Assembly: GCA_000002445.1 (NCBI GenBank)
Contig: CP000070.1
Coordinates: forward strand, 1,664,001-1,728,000
Reading direction: 5' to 3'
Source: Trypanosoma brucei
Taxonomy: Eukaryota
DNA length: 64,000 nt
How positions within the stretch are numbered: position 1 is the stretch's first letter; each line of letters opens with the position of its first letter. The position numbers were made by a program, and so were the translations under genes. A model generated the notes under the pieces. The model saw nothing but the letters and a program-made list of their open reading frames with translations, searched no databases and was not told where the DNA came from. Of the stretch, positions 33,525 through 44,583 are shown in pieces.

Positions 33525-34787
33525 TCACCGTTTCCGCAGCTTGGGTAGCTTCGTGGCCAATAGTGCCAACTGCCGCGTGACCTCATATGACTTGACAAAC
33601 GACGGAATGGGAAGGAACTCAAACTTCGAGTGGAAGTTGTGTGCTCCTGTAAAGTAATTTGGGGTCACAACACCCCGGGAAGACAAAACAGCTCCATCGG
33701 TCCCGCCACGCATCGGTGTTACTTTTGGCTGCACACCAACGCTGCGCAATGCATCGAACAGAAGGTCCACTGCAGAGCGATCGTCACCCAAAAAGTTGGC
33801 AATGTTGCGGTACTGCTCTGAAATGCTTAGCTCCACAACACCAGTTGGGTAGCGCAGCCGAATGGACTCCGCAACCGAAAGAAGCTGTTGTTTGCGTGCT
33901 TCAAACCTGACTGCATCAAACTCGCGTATTTTGACATCCAATACCGCCTCATTCTGGTTGGCGTATATATCAGAAAACCACCAATAGCCATCACGCCCCG
34001 CCGTGCACTCGGGTGTTTCGTTGCGGTCAAACTGCGCAATGTAATCCATCGCCATGAGTAGCGGATTCACCAGCACACCCTTCGCAGACATGGGGTGAGC
34101 CGTGACGCCAGTGAAAGTGATACGTGCTGCCGCCGCATTAAAGTTCTCATAAACAACTTCACCCAACTCACAGCAATCGATCGTATACGCAAAGTCCACA
34201 TCAAAACGAGCCTTTAGATCGAGATTCTTCGCACCCAAGAGGCCAATCTCCTCATCAGGCACACAACATACAACAATATCACCATGTTCATCGTTCGGCT
34301 GCAACCCTGTGATCATTTCCATGACCGCCGTGATTGCTGCTTTGTCATCCGCCCCAAGCACGCTGGTACCATCGCTAAACAAAATATCCTGTCCAACGTA
34401 GGCCTCAATTTCCGGGTGCTCTGTCACCCGTAACCAAATATCCTTTTCCTTGTTGAGGCAAACGTCACCCCCGTCGTAATGCAGCTTCTGCGCCCGTACA
34501 ACCGGGCTGAGACCAACATCAACTGTGTCGAGATGAACAATGAAACCGATAGTTGGGCAATCCTTCACAGTGCCCCGTTTAATCGCTGTTACTGTGGCGT
34601 GGTTGTCACACAATACATCCTCCAAACCCACATCTCGCAGTTCTCCAGCAATCAGCTCAGCGAGTTCCTGCTGCCCAGGGGATGTCGGTAAGGACTTCCC
34701 TGCAAAGGAGGCGTTGCTTTGACTGCTTATGGCAGAGTATCGCATGAAGCGATTCACAAGCCGCTGCTCAATGGTCTCTGCTGGCAT
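33525..34787 (-). CDS. Peptidase T (tripeptide aminopeptidase), metallopeptidase family M20B, ~420 aa
   Basis: Motifs along the whole length align with bacterial PepT as recalled from E. coli: GFIVHLDTVD vs GFISHVDTSPD, GTSVLGADDKAAI vs GKTLLGADDKAGI, HGDIVVCCVPDEEIG vs HGDIRVAFTPDEEVG, NFNAAAARITFTGVTAHP vs NFNAASVNIKIVGNNVHP, PMRGGTDGA vs PIRGGTDGA. The track start is a TTG. ATG at 34785-34787. Confidence 0.9.
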   Translation of the reverse strand: MPAETIEQRLVNRFMRYSAISSQSNASFAGKSLPTSPGQQELAELIAGELRDVGLEDVLCDNHATVTAIKRGTVKDCPTIGFIVHLDTVDVGLSPVVRAQKLHYDGGDVCLNKEKDIWLRVTEHPEIEAYVGQDILFSDGTSVLGADDKAAITAVMEMITGLQPNDEHGDIVVCCVPDEEIGLLGAKNLDLKARFDVDFAYTIDCCELGEVVYENFNAAAARITFTGVTAHPMSAKGVLVNPLLMAMDYIAQFDRNETPECTAGRDGYWWFSDIYANQNEAVLDVKIREFDAVRFEARKQQLLSVAESIRLRYPTGVVELSISEQYRNIANFLGDDRSAVDLLFDALRSVGVQPKVTPMRGGTDGAVLSSRGVVTPNYFTGAHNFHSKFEFLPIPSFVKSYEVTRQLALLATKLPKLRKR

Positions 34788-35637
34788 GGCCAATAATTTC
34801 GGTGGTGGCTCGATTTATCAGAGAGTGAAGATTCCAATATACGTTCTGGCACAGCGGTTGCAACAAAAGAAAGCCAAAACTGTAATATTTATTTTTCCCC
34901 CTTTCTAGAGTGATTTCGCCAAAGACCTCAGAGGAAAGGGAGGGCATATCTGCGAAGTAAGCACACTCCCACACAATCACAAATACACGTATTCAGATTG
35001 TACTTAGAACAAAAACAGCTGAAGATGAAGCAGACGGCAACACAAAGTATACATCTTTGCTTGTTACAAAGCAAAGCGAAGGCATCAGCGATCGAACACA
35101 CGCTTGCGAAGAAAAGCAAGCAGGGGAAACGGGAGTAAAAAAGGCAGTGCAAGTTACACACAGTGAACGCGTCGTGGTGAATCAGCACAAAGTGTCAGGA
35201 AAGGGTTCCTGGTATTTCTTGTGGCCCTTCTCCTCCGCACCTTGTTTCATCTCTAATACTCAAAACAGACAAATGTAATAAATGTAATAAATGTAATAAA
35301 TGCACGAACCCTCTACAAACATGCCCCCAAATTCTTTCCCCCGGATTCCAACGAGCATTGCCTCTCATTTTTCCCCCTCCTCTCACATGTTGAAGACGCC
35401 CTTGACAGCCCTCAAATTAGCTTCTTTTTTTTTGCTTCCTCCTGTAGTGTATTACATAACTCCTCACCATGATAAAGTAACAATGCCATCATGGTGGAAA
35501 AGATGAAAATTGTACAGTCATCCCTCCATGCTACGGAGACAAAAACACAATCATGTAGAGACGCATATATATATATATATATATGTTTGTATGTTTGTTC
35601 AGACATATGCTTACACACGAGGCTAGACCCAAACCCT

Positions 35638-37560
35638 TTAATACAGGAAGGTCTTCTGTACCGTCTCGATTGCTGATGTTTTGGTGCCACGAAGCCCCTT
35701 TAAGTACTGTACCGTCCTTGGGGGTTGCACGGCGATATCTTGCATTGTCTGCGTTGAGTCGTCTCTGGGCGGCCTACACTGCGTCGCGTTATCCCTCCTG
35801 AAGTGGGAGGCAATCGTTTGGGTTGAGTGAGTCCGCATGTCAAGCAGATTCACAAGTTTCAGCGCCTGCCGCCGTAGATCCCATTCATTCCAACGGTAGT
35901 TGCGGTCAATGTAAGAATCAATCTGGCCGGTCTGCGTGCTAACGGTCTGGCGAGCAGCTAGTGCTTCCTCCTGTTGATGCTCATATCGACGCGTGCCCTC
36001 AATGTACAGCTCACGCGGCAAAAGATCCACCAAACCAAACAACCCAACCATCACCATGTTAGACTTCACTAAGGTCTTTGCGTGGTCAACAAATCGTTGG
36101 GATGAGGCTGCGAACCTTAACAACTTTGAGGCTGTTTGAAATGCGTACCACTCCACCCTCTCGTTATCTACCTCGGAACGCATTACGAATCCCGGGAAAG
36201 CGGGGTCCCTAGAACCTACACGGCCCTCGACACAGAGACCGTCCTCTAGAAGAGTTACAGGGCACATGCCATTCAAAGCACAGACTGCAGAGCGAGCGCG
36301 CAGTGTCTCAGCGTCTCGAGCGTAAAAAACTCTGTCTAATTTGGTGGGTAAAGAGGCAGTTACAATAGATTCGAACCGTGCCTCTGTGGAGCATCGATCC
36401 GCCGGACCGTCCTCTTTTTCAAGGTTGATAGCCTCCTGTAAAAGTGTAGGTGGAAGCGACGAATTTGACACCTTGCCTAGTGAGAGAGAGAGAGTCATCA
36501 GGGCCTTGATATCTTCAAATGATTGAAAACTGCGCTGCGCCTCCTCATACACTTCAGCAAGCTCGATAAACTTGGGGTACACCGTAGCTTTTGAAACATT
36601 CTTCCGTAGAGAAACTCCATCAGAACGCATGGACCTTGTGCCAAGAACGTCTTTAACAGCTTCCAACGCCGCTTCGTATGATGGAAGCAACTCACCAAAT
36701 ATTTGGTTGTTAAGGGTATCTAGCTGTTGCTTGGCCATACGTATGTTTAACAATAACTGAAGTTGTCGGTGATACTCTGCACAGATCGCCTCACGCATCG
36801 ATCCTTCAACAGGCGTTGAGGGGGAGCGCAGCACAGCCACGTACCTGGCGCACGCTGAAATGGCCTCCTCTAGTTCTTTTTCTATATGTTCCCGCAGAGA
36901 TGACATCAGTAACTCTGCTTTATCCCTTGGTGGAGTGATGCCTGTGCCAACACTCTTACCGCAGGCCACGTTATGAAGCCGTATACCCCACACGATGCGA
37001 CGAAGTTCCTGAAGTTGTCGTTTTTTCTCTTCAGGTGGCTGACTCGCAAACGCGGGGACTTGCGATTTGGGGAGCACCGCGGTGAGCACCAACGCCGTCT
37101 CCTTCCGCGCCGGAAGATTCGACTGACTCTCTTCCGCTTGCCCATAACAGTGCAAAATAAAGAATGTCATTTCACCTAGAAGCTCCTCCGGCAAACGCTC
37201 CGAATTATCACACAGAGAGGTAAGGAGCTTCAACGTGACTGTCTCAAACTTCACCCGCTCTTTATGACGCTTGGCCTTCAACTTCGTGGGGAGTGATAGT
37301 GTTCGGCACTGGAGTGAGAGGGTCGCCATCAAATCCTCCGAACAGGTAACGAGAAAATTTGCAACATCTTCCACCATGGTTTCGATTGCTTCCGGCGTCA
37401 TCTCGACATCGCCCTTCGCGTCACGGAAGGGGGAGTTGCGCAACTGCAAGCGCAGGACAAAAGAGGCGAGCTCCGTCGTGAGGGACATGGAAGAACCTCC
37501 AGCCGTCAGTTTGCCAAAACGGCGAACAATCTCCCTTGCAACCACAGGCGTGACGTCCAT
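35638..37560 (-). CDS. Hypothetical protein, 640 aa
   Basis: ATG verified at 37558-37560. The ORF is intact with mixed, non-repetitive composition. I recognise no domain. Confidence 0.65.
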   Translation of the reverse strand: MDVTPVVAREIVRRFGKLTAGGSSMSLTTELASFVLRLQLRNSPFRDAKGDVEMTPEAIETMVEDVANFLVTCSEDLMATLSLQCRTLSLPTKLKAKRHKERVKFETVTLKLLTSLCDNSERLPEELLGEMTFFILHCYGQAEESQSNLPARKETALVLTAVLPKSQVPAFASQPPEEKKRQLQELRRIVWGIRLHNVACGKSVGTGITPPRDKAELLMSSLREHIEKELEEAISACARYVAVLRSPSTPVEGSMREAICAEYHRQLQLLLNIRMAKQQLDTLNNQIFGELLPSYEAALEAVKDVLGTRSMRSDGVSLRKNVSKATVYPKFIELAEVYEEAQRSFQSFEDIKALMTLSLSLGKVSNSSLPPTLLQEAINLEKEDGPADRCSTEARFESIVTASLPTKLDRVFYARDAETLRARSAVCALNGMCPVTLLEDGLCVEGRVGSRDPAFPGFVMRSEVDNERVEWYAFQTASKLLRFAASSQRFVDHAKTLVKSNMVMVGLFGLVDLLPRELYIEGTRRYEHQQEEALAARQTVSTQTGQIDSYIDRNYRWNEWDLRRQALKLVNLLDMRTHSTQTIASHFRRDNATQCRPPRDDSTQTMQDIAVQPPRTVQYLKGLRGTKTSAIETVQKTFLY

Positions 37561-38924
37561 CCTTAATGTTTCTAACCCTGTTGCGTGAAGACGTGGGCGC
37601 CTCTCAAACCTCTAATGTCTGTTTCTCCCCTTGATTTACTCTTTCCTTCCACCGATCCGCCGCAGTGGTAAAAGCTTAACCTCGGCCACACTAAACAACT
37701 CGGTCCTCTACTTCCCTCTTTCGCTCCTTTTTAAAGTCCCCTTCTTGGCCTTCAGAAACCGATAAAACCACCAACCAGTACCTTGCTCGTACAGTGGCGT
37801 GCAGTTTATAAATACGTACGCCCGTACAGCCACGCGTATTCGATTGTGGAAAGTGTACCAGAAGTAAAAATGGGGAAGAAATGAACAGCGTACCGAAGAA
37901 AAGTTCACAAACGCGGAAAACAGCATGTTATGCGCACAGTCATAAAGAAACATATATGCATATATGTAAGCCCCAGACGGAGAGGTGCAAAGGAATGAGG
38001 AAACTTATAATTTCTTTGGAAAGACAACGGAGTGAAGGAACCATATATATATATATATAATACAACAAAAAGAAAAAAGTGGGGCAAAGAGAAAAAGGGA
38101 AACTGGGTAACTCAAGCACGGTGGCACAAGGTGGTGGGGAAAGGCGGTGCACAGGTGGAAAGTATGCTTGTACCATCAATAAAAAGCATATAACAATCCA
38201 AACAACGAAAGGAAACGTTGACATGTGCAGAAGAAAGGGAAGAGCAGGTAACGTGAGGTAATGCTATAAGTACAAACACGGGCAACAGGCGGAAACAAAA
38301 AGATTGGGAAGGAAAGAAAGGTAAGTTGAGGATCGAATGAAGTCCTTAAAAACATTATTACTTCGACCTAACAAACGAAACGCCTCTCCCTTCCACCACC
38401 GCCACCACTCCCCTCTCCAACCTCTCTGACCAGTTGAGACCGCAACTCCCACAATCATCACCGCTAGAGTTTCTCAACACATGCATCCTTCCTTTCAATA
38501 CTCACTAATAGAAACACATTAACACAAATGAATATACATATGCACACACACACACACGCGTGTATGCATGACAACATGTGCAAACCTTTGGTATGAATGA
38601 AACACTAATCATGTCTCTTTCCCTTCCCCCTACCACAACCTCTTTACATATCCTCTTCTTCACTGACATGCGCGATTCCATGTGCAGAAACTCCCTTCCC
38701 TCCTCTTCACCTCTCTTTTTTTCTTTTGCGCATTCCCTACACTTCCGTCGACTGACGATTGTAGGCTACTTTTCCTCGGAACTTTTCTTTTTTTTATTTT
38801 TATTTTTTGCAAAGCTCACATGAAATTTCTAAAAATCGTGAGCCGATACTAATAGTAAACAGTGTGAACATTTCCCTCTCCCCTCTAAATTCCATCGCCA
38901 CATCTCACACCGGAGCAGGAACAC

Positions 38925-38967
<43 letters not shown>
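38925..38967. repeat. Compound (CA)14(TA)7 microsatellite
   Basis: Seen directly, in the 3' flank of the kinesin gene. Confidence 0.9.
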
Positions 38968-39147
38968 GCAGGGGAATAAGGATGTATGTTACATTTTTGT
39001 GGCGACGCCTTCTCATTTATGCGTTTCTTTGCTTCGTTGGAAGCCGCAATGTTGGACTCTAAAATGCATCAAACGTCACGACTCCATTGTATCATGAACC
39101 TTGTTGTGGTCTCCACATCACCAGTTCATATCCCTATTACTCGCTGG

Positions 39148-41823
39148 TCACCGCGTGCTGGGAATGGTATCCACTTTGAGCATGGGAATCGTTGCCTTAT
39201 CCACCTGTTGTGCCACTAACGACTGTAAGCTCATTTGATGCCAGTAATTAAAGTTGTTCATAAATTCTTCACGAAGTCGATCAAGTTGGGATGTTAATAG
39301 ACTTTGCTCCGTCTTCGCTCGGGTCAGCGCGGTGGTAACATGCCGCAAGTGCAACTTCCTCTCCTCGGGTTTCATATTGATTAATTGCTCTAACTCTGAC
39401 GTGTCTAATGCATCAGTGGGACGTCCGGGGCTGTCGGTAGCCGATGCCATGGCCTCAGCTCCCGTTTCGCCAGCAGTTGTTTCATTAAAAACATGTTGTG
39501 TAGGACTCCCGTTAGGGACAATAAACGGCAAATGACCACCGCCGGGCTCGGCGTTCTCCCTCTTCGGGTCAAAGTTTCCGTACCTTTCCATAACTCCCTG
39601 AACATCCTTAACCTTCTGCCGAAGGCGGTGCATCTCGTCGTTCTTGCGGGCGAGTTTCTCTTGCGCTGAGTTTATGGCCTGAACGTGGCATATGCCCGAT
39701 GGGGTTTGTTTGTATATTTCAAAAGCCGCACGCTTGTCGCGTGTTATACTTTCCAACCGCACTAAAGATTTGCCACCAGGCGCCGGTGAGGAAGGACCGA
39801 CAAAGCCAGCAGTCGGTGCGACGCCAGGCTCAAGCCGGGTTTCAATTGCAGAACCTCGTCCACCATGTGGCCGAGAACGGTCCTTCCCAAGATCCCTTTC
39901 TAACATTGACGCGGACTCCGAGGACGCATTTAATTTGAACCGGTGAGTAGTATTTGAGCCACCGGGAAAATCCGACGCGGCAGCAGATGCACTGGTAACA
40001 GGAGTTAGTGTCCTTCCTGCTGCAGCTGCCGCACCTGAAATGCGCCTGTCGCCGGGGCGCATGGTGGAAGGCATAAATGTATCCCGGGGGCTAGTGATAC
40101 TCTGGTGATGCTGTTGTTGCTGATATGGTAACTGTAATGGTTGTGGTAGTTGTTGCTGCTGCTGCAGCAGTTGCTGTTGCTGAAACATATCTCCTAGAGC
40201 AGTACTGGCCCTTTCCGCTGTACCAACACTCACACCAACATTGGCATCCATGGTACTATTTACATGTCGTGGGGTTTCCTTCGGCTCCTGTGAGCCAGTT
40301 GGTCTGGCGACGTTTTTCGTCCTCTGCTGAGCCCTCTGGGAGCTTGTGGGTGGCGGAGACGCCGACCGTTCCGCGGTACGGAGCTGCGATTCCATATCTA
40401 ACAGCAGCGTCTTGAATACGGAAAAACATGCATACATTTCACGCACGCATGAGACACGTATTTGGGGTATGGATCCCTCCACGTACGCCATCACAATATC
40501 CCGAGCTCCATTAATCTCGTCACTTTCAAGTGGAGCCGTTGGGATCGCCACTCGACCCGCGAACTGATCCTGCATGCGAAGCTCCGACTTGAGACTGTTC
40601 ACCTGCTTCTGCAGTACACGGATTTGGGCCTCAGGGTCTAACGCCACATTCGGGGTGGGATTGGATTCCACACGCATCAAACGCTTAGCAAAGTTCAGGG
40701 TAGCGAGTGTCGCTTCCATATGCTCAGGTTGTGGCCAAACGTTCGCGATAATTGTCGTCATAGTCCCACCCCCCAACGAATCCTTCAGTAGCATCGTCAA
40801 CTTACTTTGTCTAAAAGGGACGTGCCGAGACCGCGCAGACGACACAGCAAGTATCACCTGCTCTAGCATAATGAGCGACCGGTTGATCATGTGGGCTTCC
40901 TGTTTCTCCGCCTCTGTGCTGGTGGCGTGCGTCCTCTCACTTCCGGCAAAATCAACAAAACTCATCCGTGAAACAAGAGTAACTGCATCGCTGTCCAACA
41001 GACTCGTGCTTGTAACATAAACCGTGAGCACAGCGTGTGAACGGGAACTTTCACGGTTGAGTGCATTGGCACCAGTCAGGCGACGCCCAACCCCTTCAGA
41101 GACGGCAGCCACCGCATCCGCCTCCGTTGGGCACTGCCGTTCGTCAACCCCACGAAGCACAACAGTCCCCTCACCGCTAATGGTTACAGTGGCTTTACCA
41201 TCGCCTTTGGAATTGGAGGGCACGTTCGCTACATCATAGTTGGGAGAACCTGTGCGCTGCCTGTTGAAACCGCCATCAACGTTTTTGTCACGGCCGGGCC
41301 GCTTGGTTGCAACTGCCGTCTCCGACGCGGACGGGCCTTTTCCCAACAGGTCAAACACCTGTTCATTGTACACCTCCACAAAAGTTACCTTGACGGTGTA
41401 CCTTCGGTCGGTGGAGGTGCGTATCGCTTCGAAGAGGACCTCAATCGCCCGCTGCACACATCCACGTGTGGAGAAGGTGTCGGTTCCAAACATGGTGTAA
41501 GTTTTCCCCGCCCCGCACTGTCCGTAACAAAGCAGCGTGCAGCTGTAACCCTGTAGTACGGAATCAATCAGATCCGATACAGCGGTATTGTAAACTGACT
41601 CCTGAGATGCGTTATGAAGTACTGCAGCGGCTGAGAAAGTGAGTGTTTCCTCCTTGACAGCAGTTTCAGCTCTATTGATGCCCGCTTTCGTGGCTGTTGG
41701 GCCTCGTGCTCCCACTCCCATCGGTCGGGAAACAGACACAACATTATTGGGTAATATGCGGAAGGCGCTAGCCACCGTATCAGTAGGTTTTGTACGAATA
41801 ATAACACGCACCTGTGACCGCAT
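39148..41823 (-). CDS. Kinesin-like protein, N-terminal motor domain, long low-complexity tail with polyQ, ~891 aa
   Basis: Motor motifs are present: GQCGAGKTYTM (P-loop), SSRSHAVLTV (switch I), VDFAGSER (switch II), LTMLLKDSLGGG. The tail contains QQQLLQQQQQLPQPLQLPYQQQQHHQ, encoded by (CTG/TTG)n at 40125-40200 on the + strand. The track start is a TTG. ATG at 41821-41823. Confidence 0.9.
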   Translation of the reverse strand: MRSQVRVIIRTKPTDTVASAFRILPNNVVSVSRPMGVGARGPTATKAGINRAETAVKEETLTFSAAAVLHNASQESVYNTAVSDLIDSVLQGYSCTLLCYGQCGAGKTYTMFGTDTFSTRGCVQRAIEVLFEAIRTSTDRRYTVKVTFVEVYNEQVFDLLGKGPSASETAVATKRPGRDKNVDGGFNRQRTGSPNYDVANVPSNSKGDGKATVTISGEGTVVLRGVDERQCPTEADAVAAVSEGVGRRLTGANALNRESSRSHAVLTVYVTSTSLLDSDAVTLVSRMSFVDFAGSERTHATSTEAEKQEAHMINRSLIMLEQVILAVSSARSRHVPFRQSKLTMLLKDSLGGGTMTTIIANVWPQPEHMEATLATLNFAKRLMRVESNPTPNVALDPEAQIRVLQKQVNSLKSELRMQDQFAGRVAIPTAPLESDEINGARDIVMAYVEGSIPQIRVSCVREMYACFSVFKTLLLDMESQLRTAERSASPPPTSSQRAQQRTKNVARPTGSQEPKETPRHVNSTMDANVGVSVGTAERASTALGDMFQQQQLLQQQQQLPQPLQLPYQQQQHHQSITSPRDTFMPSTMRPGDRRISGAAAAAGRTLTPVTSASAAASDFPGGSNTTHRFKLNASSESASMLERDLGKDRSRPHGGRGSAIETRLEPGVAPTAGFVGPSSPAPGGKSLVRLESITRDKRAAFEIYKQTPSGICHVQAINSAQEKLARKNDEMHRLRQKVKDVQGVMERYGNFDPKRENAEPGGGHLPFIVPNGSPTQHVFNETTAGETGAEAMASATDSPGRPTDALDTSELEQLINMKPEERKLHLRHVTTALTRAKTEQSLLTSQLDRLREEFMNNFNYWHQMSLQSLVAQQVDKATIPMLKVDTIPSTR

Positions 41824-44583
41824 AGTAACCAAATTGCTTACTTAACAATACGCCTTTCGCTGTTGCTGCTGCTTTTGTCGTTTTAAATACTTTGATGTCT
41901 TTTAGTCTCGAAACAAATGACGCAGACTTTCACGTATGGTACCCTCAGTCTTACTGGAGCGCACACACTCTTCTTCTTCCTTTCAATGCTTTCGGGTTCC
42001 TTCTTCCCTCTTCGTGGCTTCGCTCTGTATTTAACTGCTTTCTTTTTTTTTCCCCCTTCGCCCTGTTCCTTTGCTTTGTTTTTTTTTTCTTTCTTTCTTT
42101 CTTTCTCCCCTAATGCGCTCCCTCTCCTCCTTGTCGATGCGTCTGCCACTTCCCCACTAAATGGATCAGAGGTGTTAAAAAAAAAAAGTAAATAAATAAA
42201 TAAATGGAAAGTTGATAGGTAAGTAGGGGCAAAGAAGGCAGAATTAATTTTGAGGCTAAGAAACTACCCGTAAAAAGACGGCACAACATAATGTCCCCCA
42301 AAAAAAAAATGCATTGGCAAATCTGAGAAATGGGGCAACTAAAAAGGGATAAAAGGGAGGATGGATGGAGAAAAAAAAAATTCATTAGGTGGGAGAGAGG
42401 GAAATAAATAAACCGCAACGCATTCAGCGCGTTTCTTTTGCGGCTCCTCAGGTCAAATGATATACCCGATATCGGGAATAAGGGGGGGAAATCATTTATT
42501 TATTCATTCATTTGTCGAGGGGGGGTTAGGGAAGAGGGGTTTCACATGCAAATATATACATTAATTAAATTAATTAAATATATATTCATTTATATATACT
42601 TGCACTTCCTCTTCAGTAAAGGAAAAACAAAAATAAAAAAAATAACAATCAAAGGCACTTGCTCCAACTGTGAAAAAAAAAACACAAAAAAACAAAGAAA
42701 AAAGAAAAGAAAGACAAGGGAAATGGCAGGTGTAAAAAACACAAGTGACGAGAAAATACGGAAGTAGAGAAAGAGAAGGGAAGGTTAAAGATAGTCACAA
42801 CACGAGCGTTTACGCCACAACACACCCGCTGTCAAATACATAAAACAAAACAAAACACAGCGACAAAAAAGAAAACTAAATCATTCCAAAGGTAGGTAAT
42901 TAATTTTAAAGTAAAATAATAATAATTATTATTATTATTAACTACAAATAAATTAAAATAATTAGCGGATCAATGGCAACATCAACACAAAAAGAAAAAT
43001 AATTAAAACTAATTTACCCTCATCCTCACCCTTCATACTCTCAGTTTCGCATGTGAATGGAGACGGTACTGAAATTTTGCTTTGCAGTGTCCAGCCGTCA
43101 CATCCCTCACACATTTCCAATATCAAATTTTACATTCCCCTTTCCTGTTTTGTTTTGTTTTGTTTTGTTTTGTTTTATCTTCCATAACCCTCGTAGTTGT
43201 CATGCAAATGAACACAAATAATATAAATAAATATATATATTTATTTATTTATTTAGATTTTTTTTTCGTGTTGCAATGGCAGTAGACAAAGGGACCGAAA
43301 GAAATAAATTCACGAAAATAGAAAAATACAACTTGGGAAACGGTAGAGAACAAAATATTTTTTTTTACAAAAAAAAAAAAAAAACATGGTTATAATAAAA
43401 ATAAAGCGAGCGCGCAAAATTAATAAAAAAAGAAACAAAAATGCTACATCCACATTCTTTGACATTGTCCATCTGCACAAAAAAAAATAATCAAATAAAT
43501 ATTAGTACAAACATAAAAAAAAAAAAATACTCGTTTATATAACACCTATCATATAAAACATATTATATTATATGATATAATAAAAATTCAACATCACATA
43601 CCGCCTCAGGACGGGTATTATCACACATTAAAGAAGATAAGGGGAAAAAACAAAAAAAACAAAAAGTAAAAAAGAAAAGAAGTAAAAGAAGTGCTGGAAA
43701 CGGCAGTGAGTTCCATCCCAGGGAAAGAAGCCGTACTAAATAATGCTGGACGCACAAACAAAAATAATAATAATAATAATAAGAGGTAAAAATAATATAA
43801 GAACGAGTAACGGCTAACTAATCGCCTCCGTGATTGAAGTGAAGTCGTCAGATGCCACAAGCGCGCGTAAAGCACATGAGTGCAGCAATATAAAATAAAA
43901 TTTAAATTTAAAAAAAAAAAAAGAGAGAGTGTACACACAAGAGGAATGACAAAATCAAATTCTTTTTGAAAAAGGAAAACGCTCAACCTAAACAAATAGA
44001 AACGCACGAACAAAATGCTCTGAGAGCGAAAAGTACGGCGGTTTCCATGCTGCTGTTAAACAAACAGACGAGAAGAGGGGGAAATATATATATATTAAAA
44101 ATGACATAACAGCAGCAAACTATCGTAGGTGAAAAGGAACCAAACGAGTTATGCTGGCTGCGGCACATGCTTCGTTACCACTACGCCGTACTCATCGGTA
44201 CATCTATATTGGCGTATGAGGACAGATGGAACATGGGAAATCAAATATATACATATTAACACAAACAGATAAATATATTGTAAATAGGCATATAAACACC
44301 AAGAAAATAAAAAGGAAAAATACTGCAAATCAATCCAAAAGAAAATTTTTCCGTTCGACCTTCAATTACCGCTCCTTCACAAAGCCGGTTTTGTTATCTA
44401 AAGAATCATCAGCCAAGGTCACAAACAGAAGCTGCTGTCCGGGAAGGCAACAAAAAGTAAAAAAAAAAGAACAAAAACGAGGCAATGGGGTTAAATAAAC
44501 AAATAATAAAACAAACAAACAAACAGACAGACACATATATAATATTTATATGCTCACTGGAAACACCGGCAGGAAGGGGCACG

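Noticed and set aside
36355-36380. A tRNA T-loop-like GGTTCGAATC on the minus strand
   Set aside because: It lies inside the 640-aa CDS. The flanking bases cannot form a T-stem or acceptor stem. It is a coincidental match.
43551-43600. Near-palindrome atattatattatatgatataat
   Set aside because: It is imperfect and sits in extremely A/T-rich spacer, where such near-palindromes arise by chance. No paired partner or conserved context is present.
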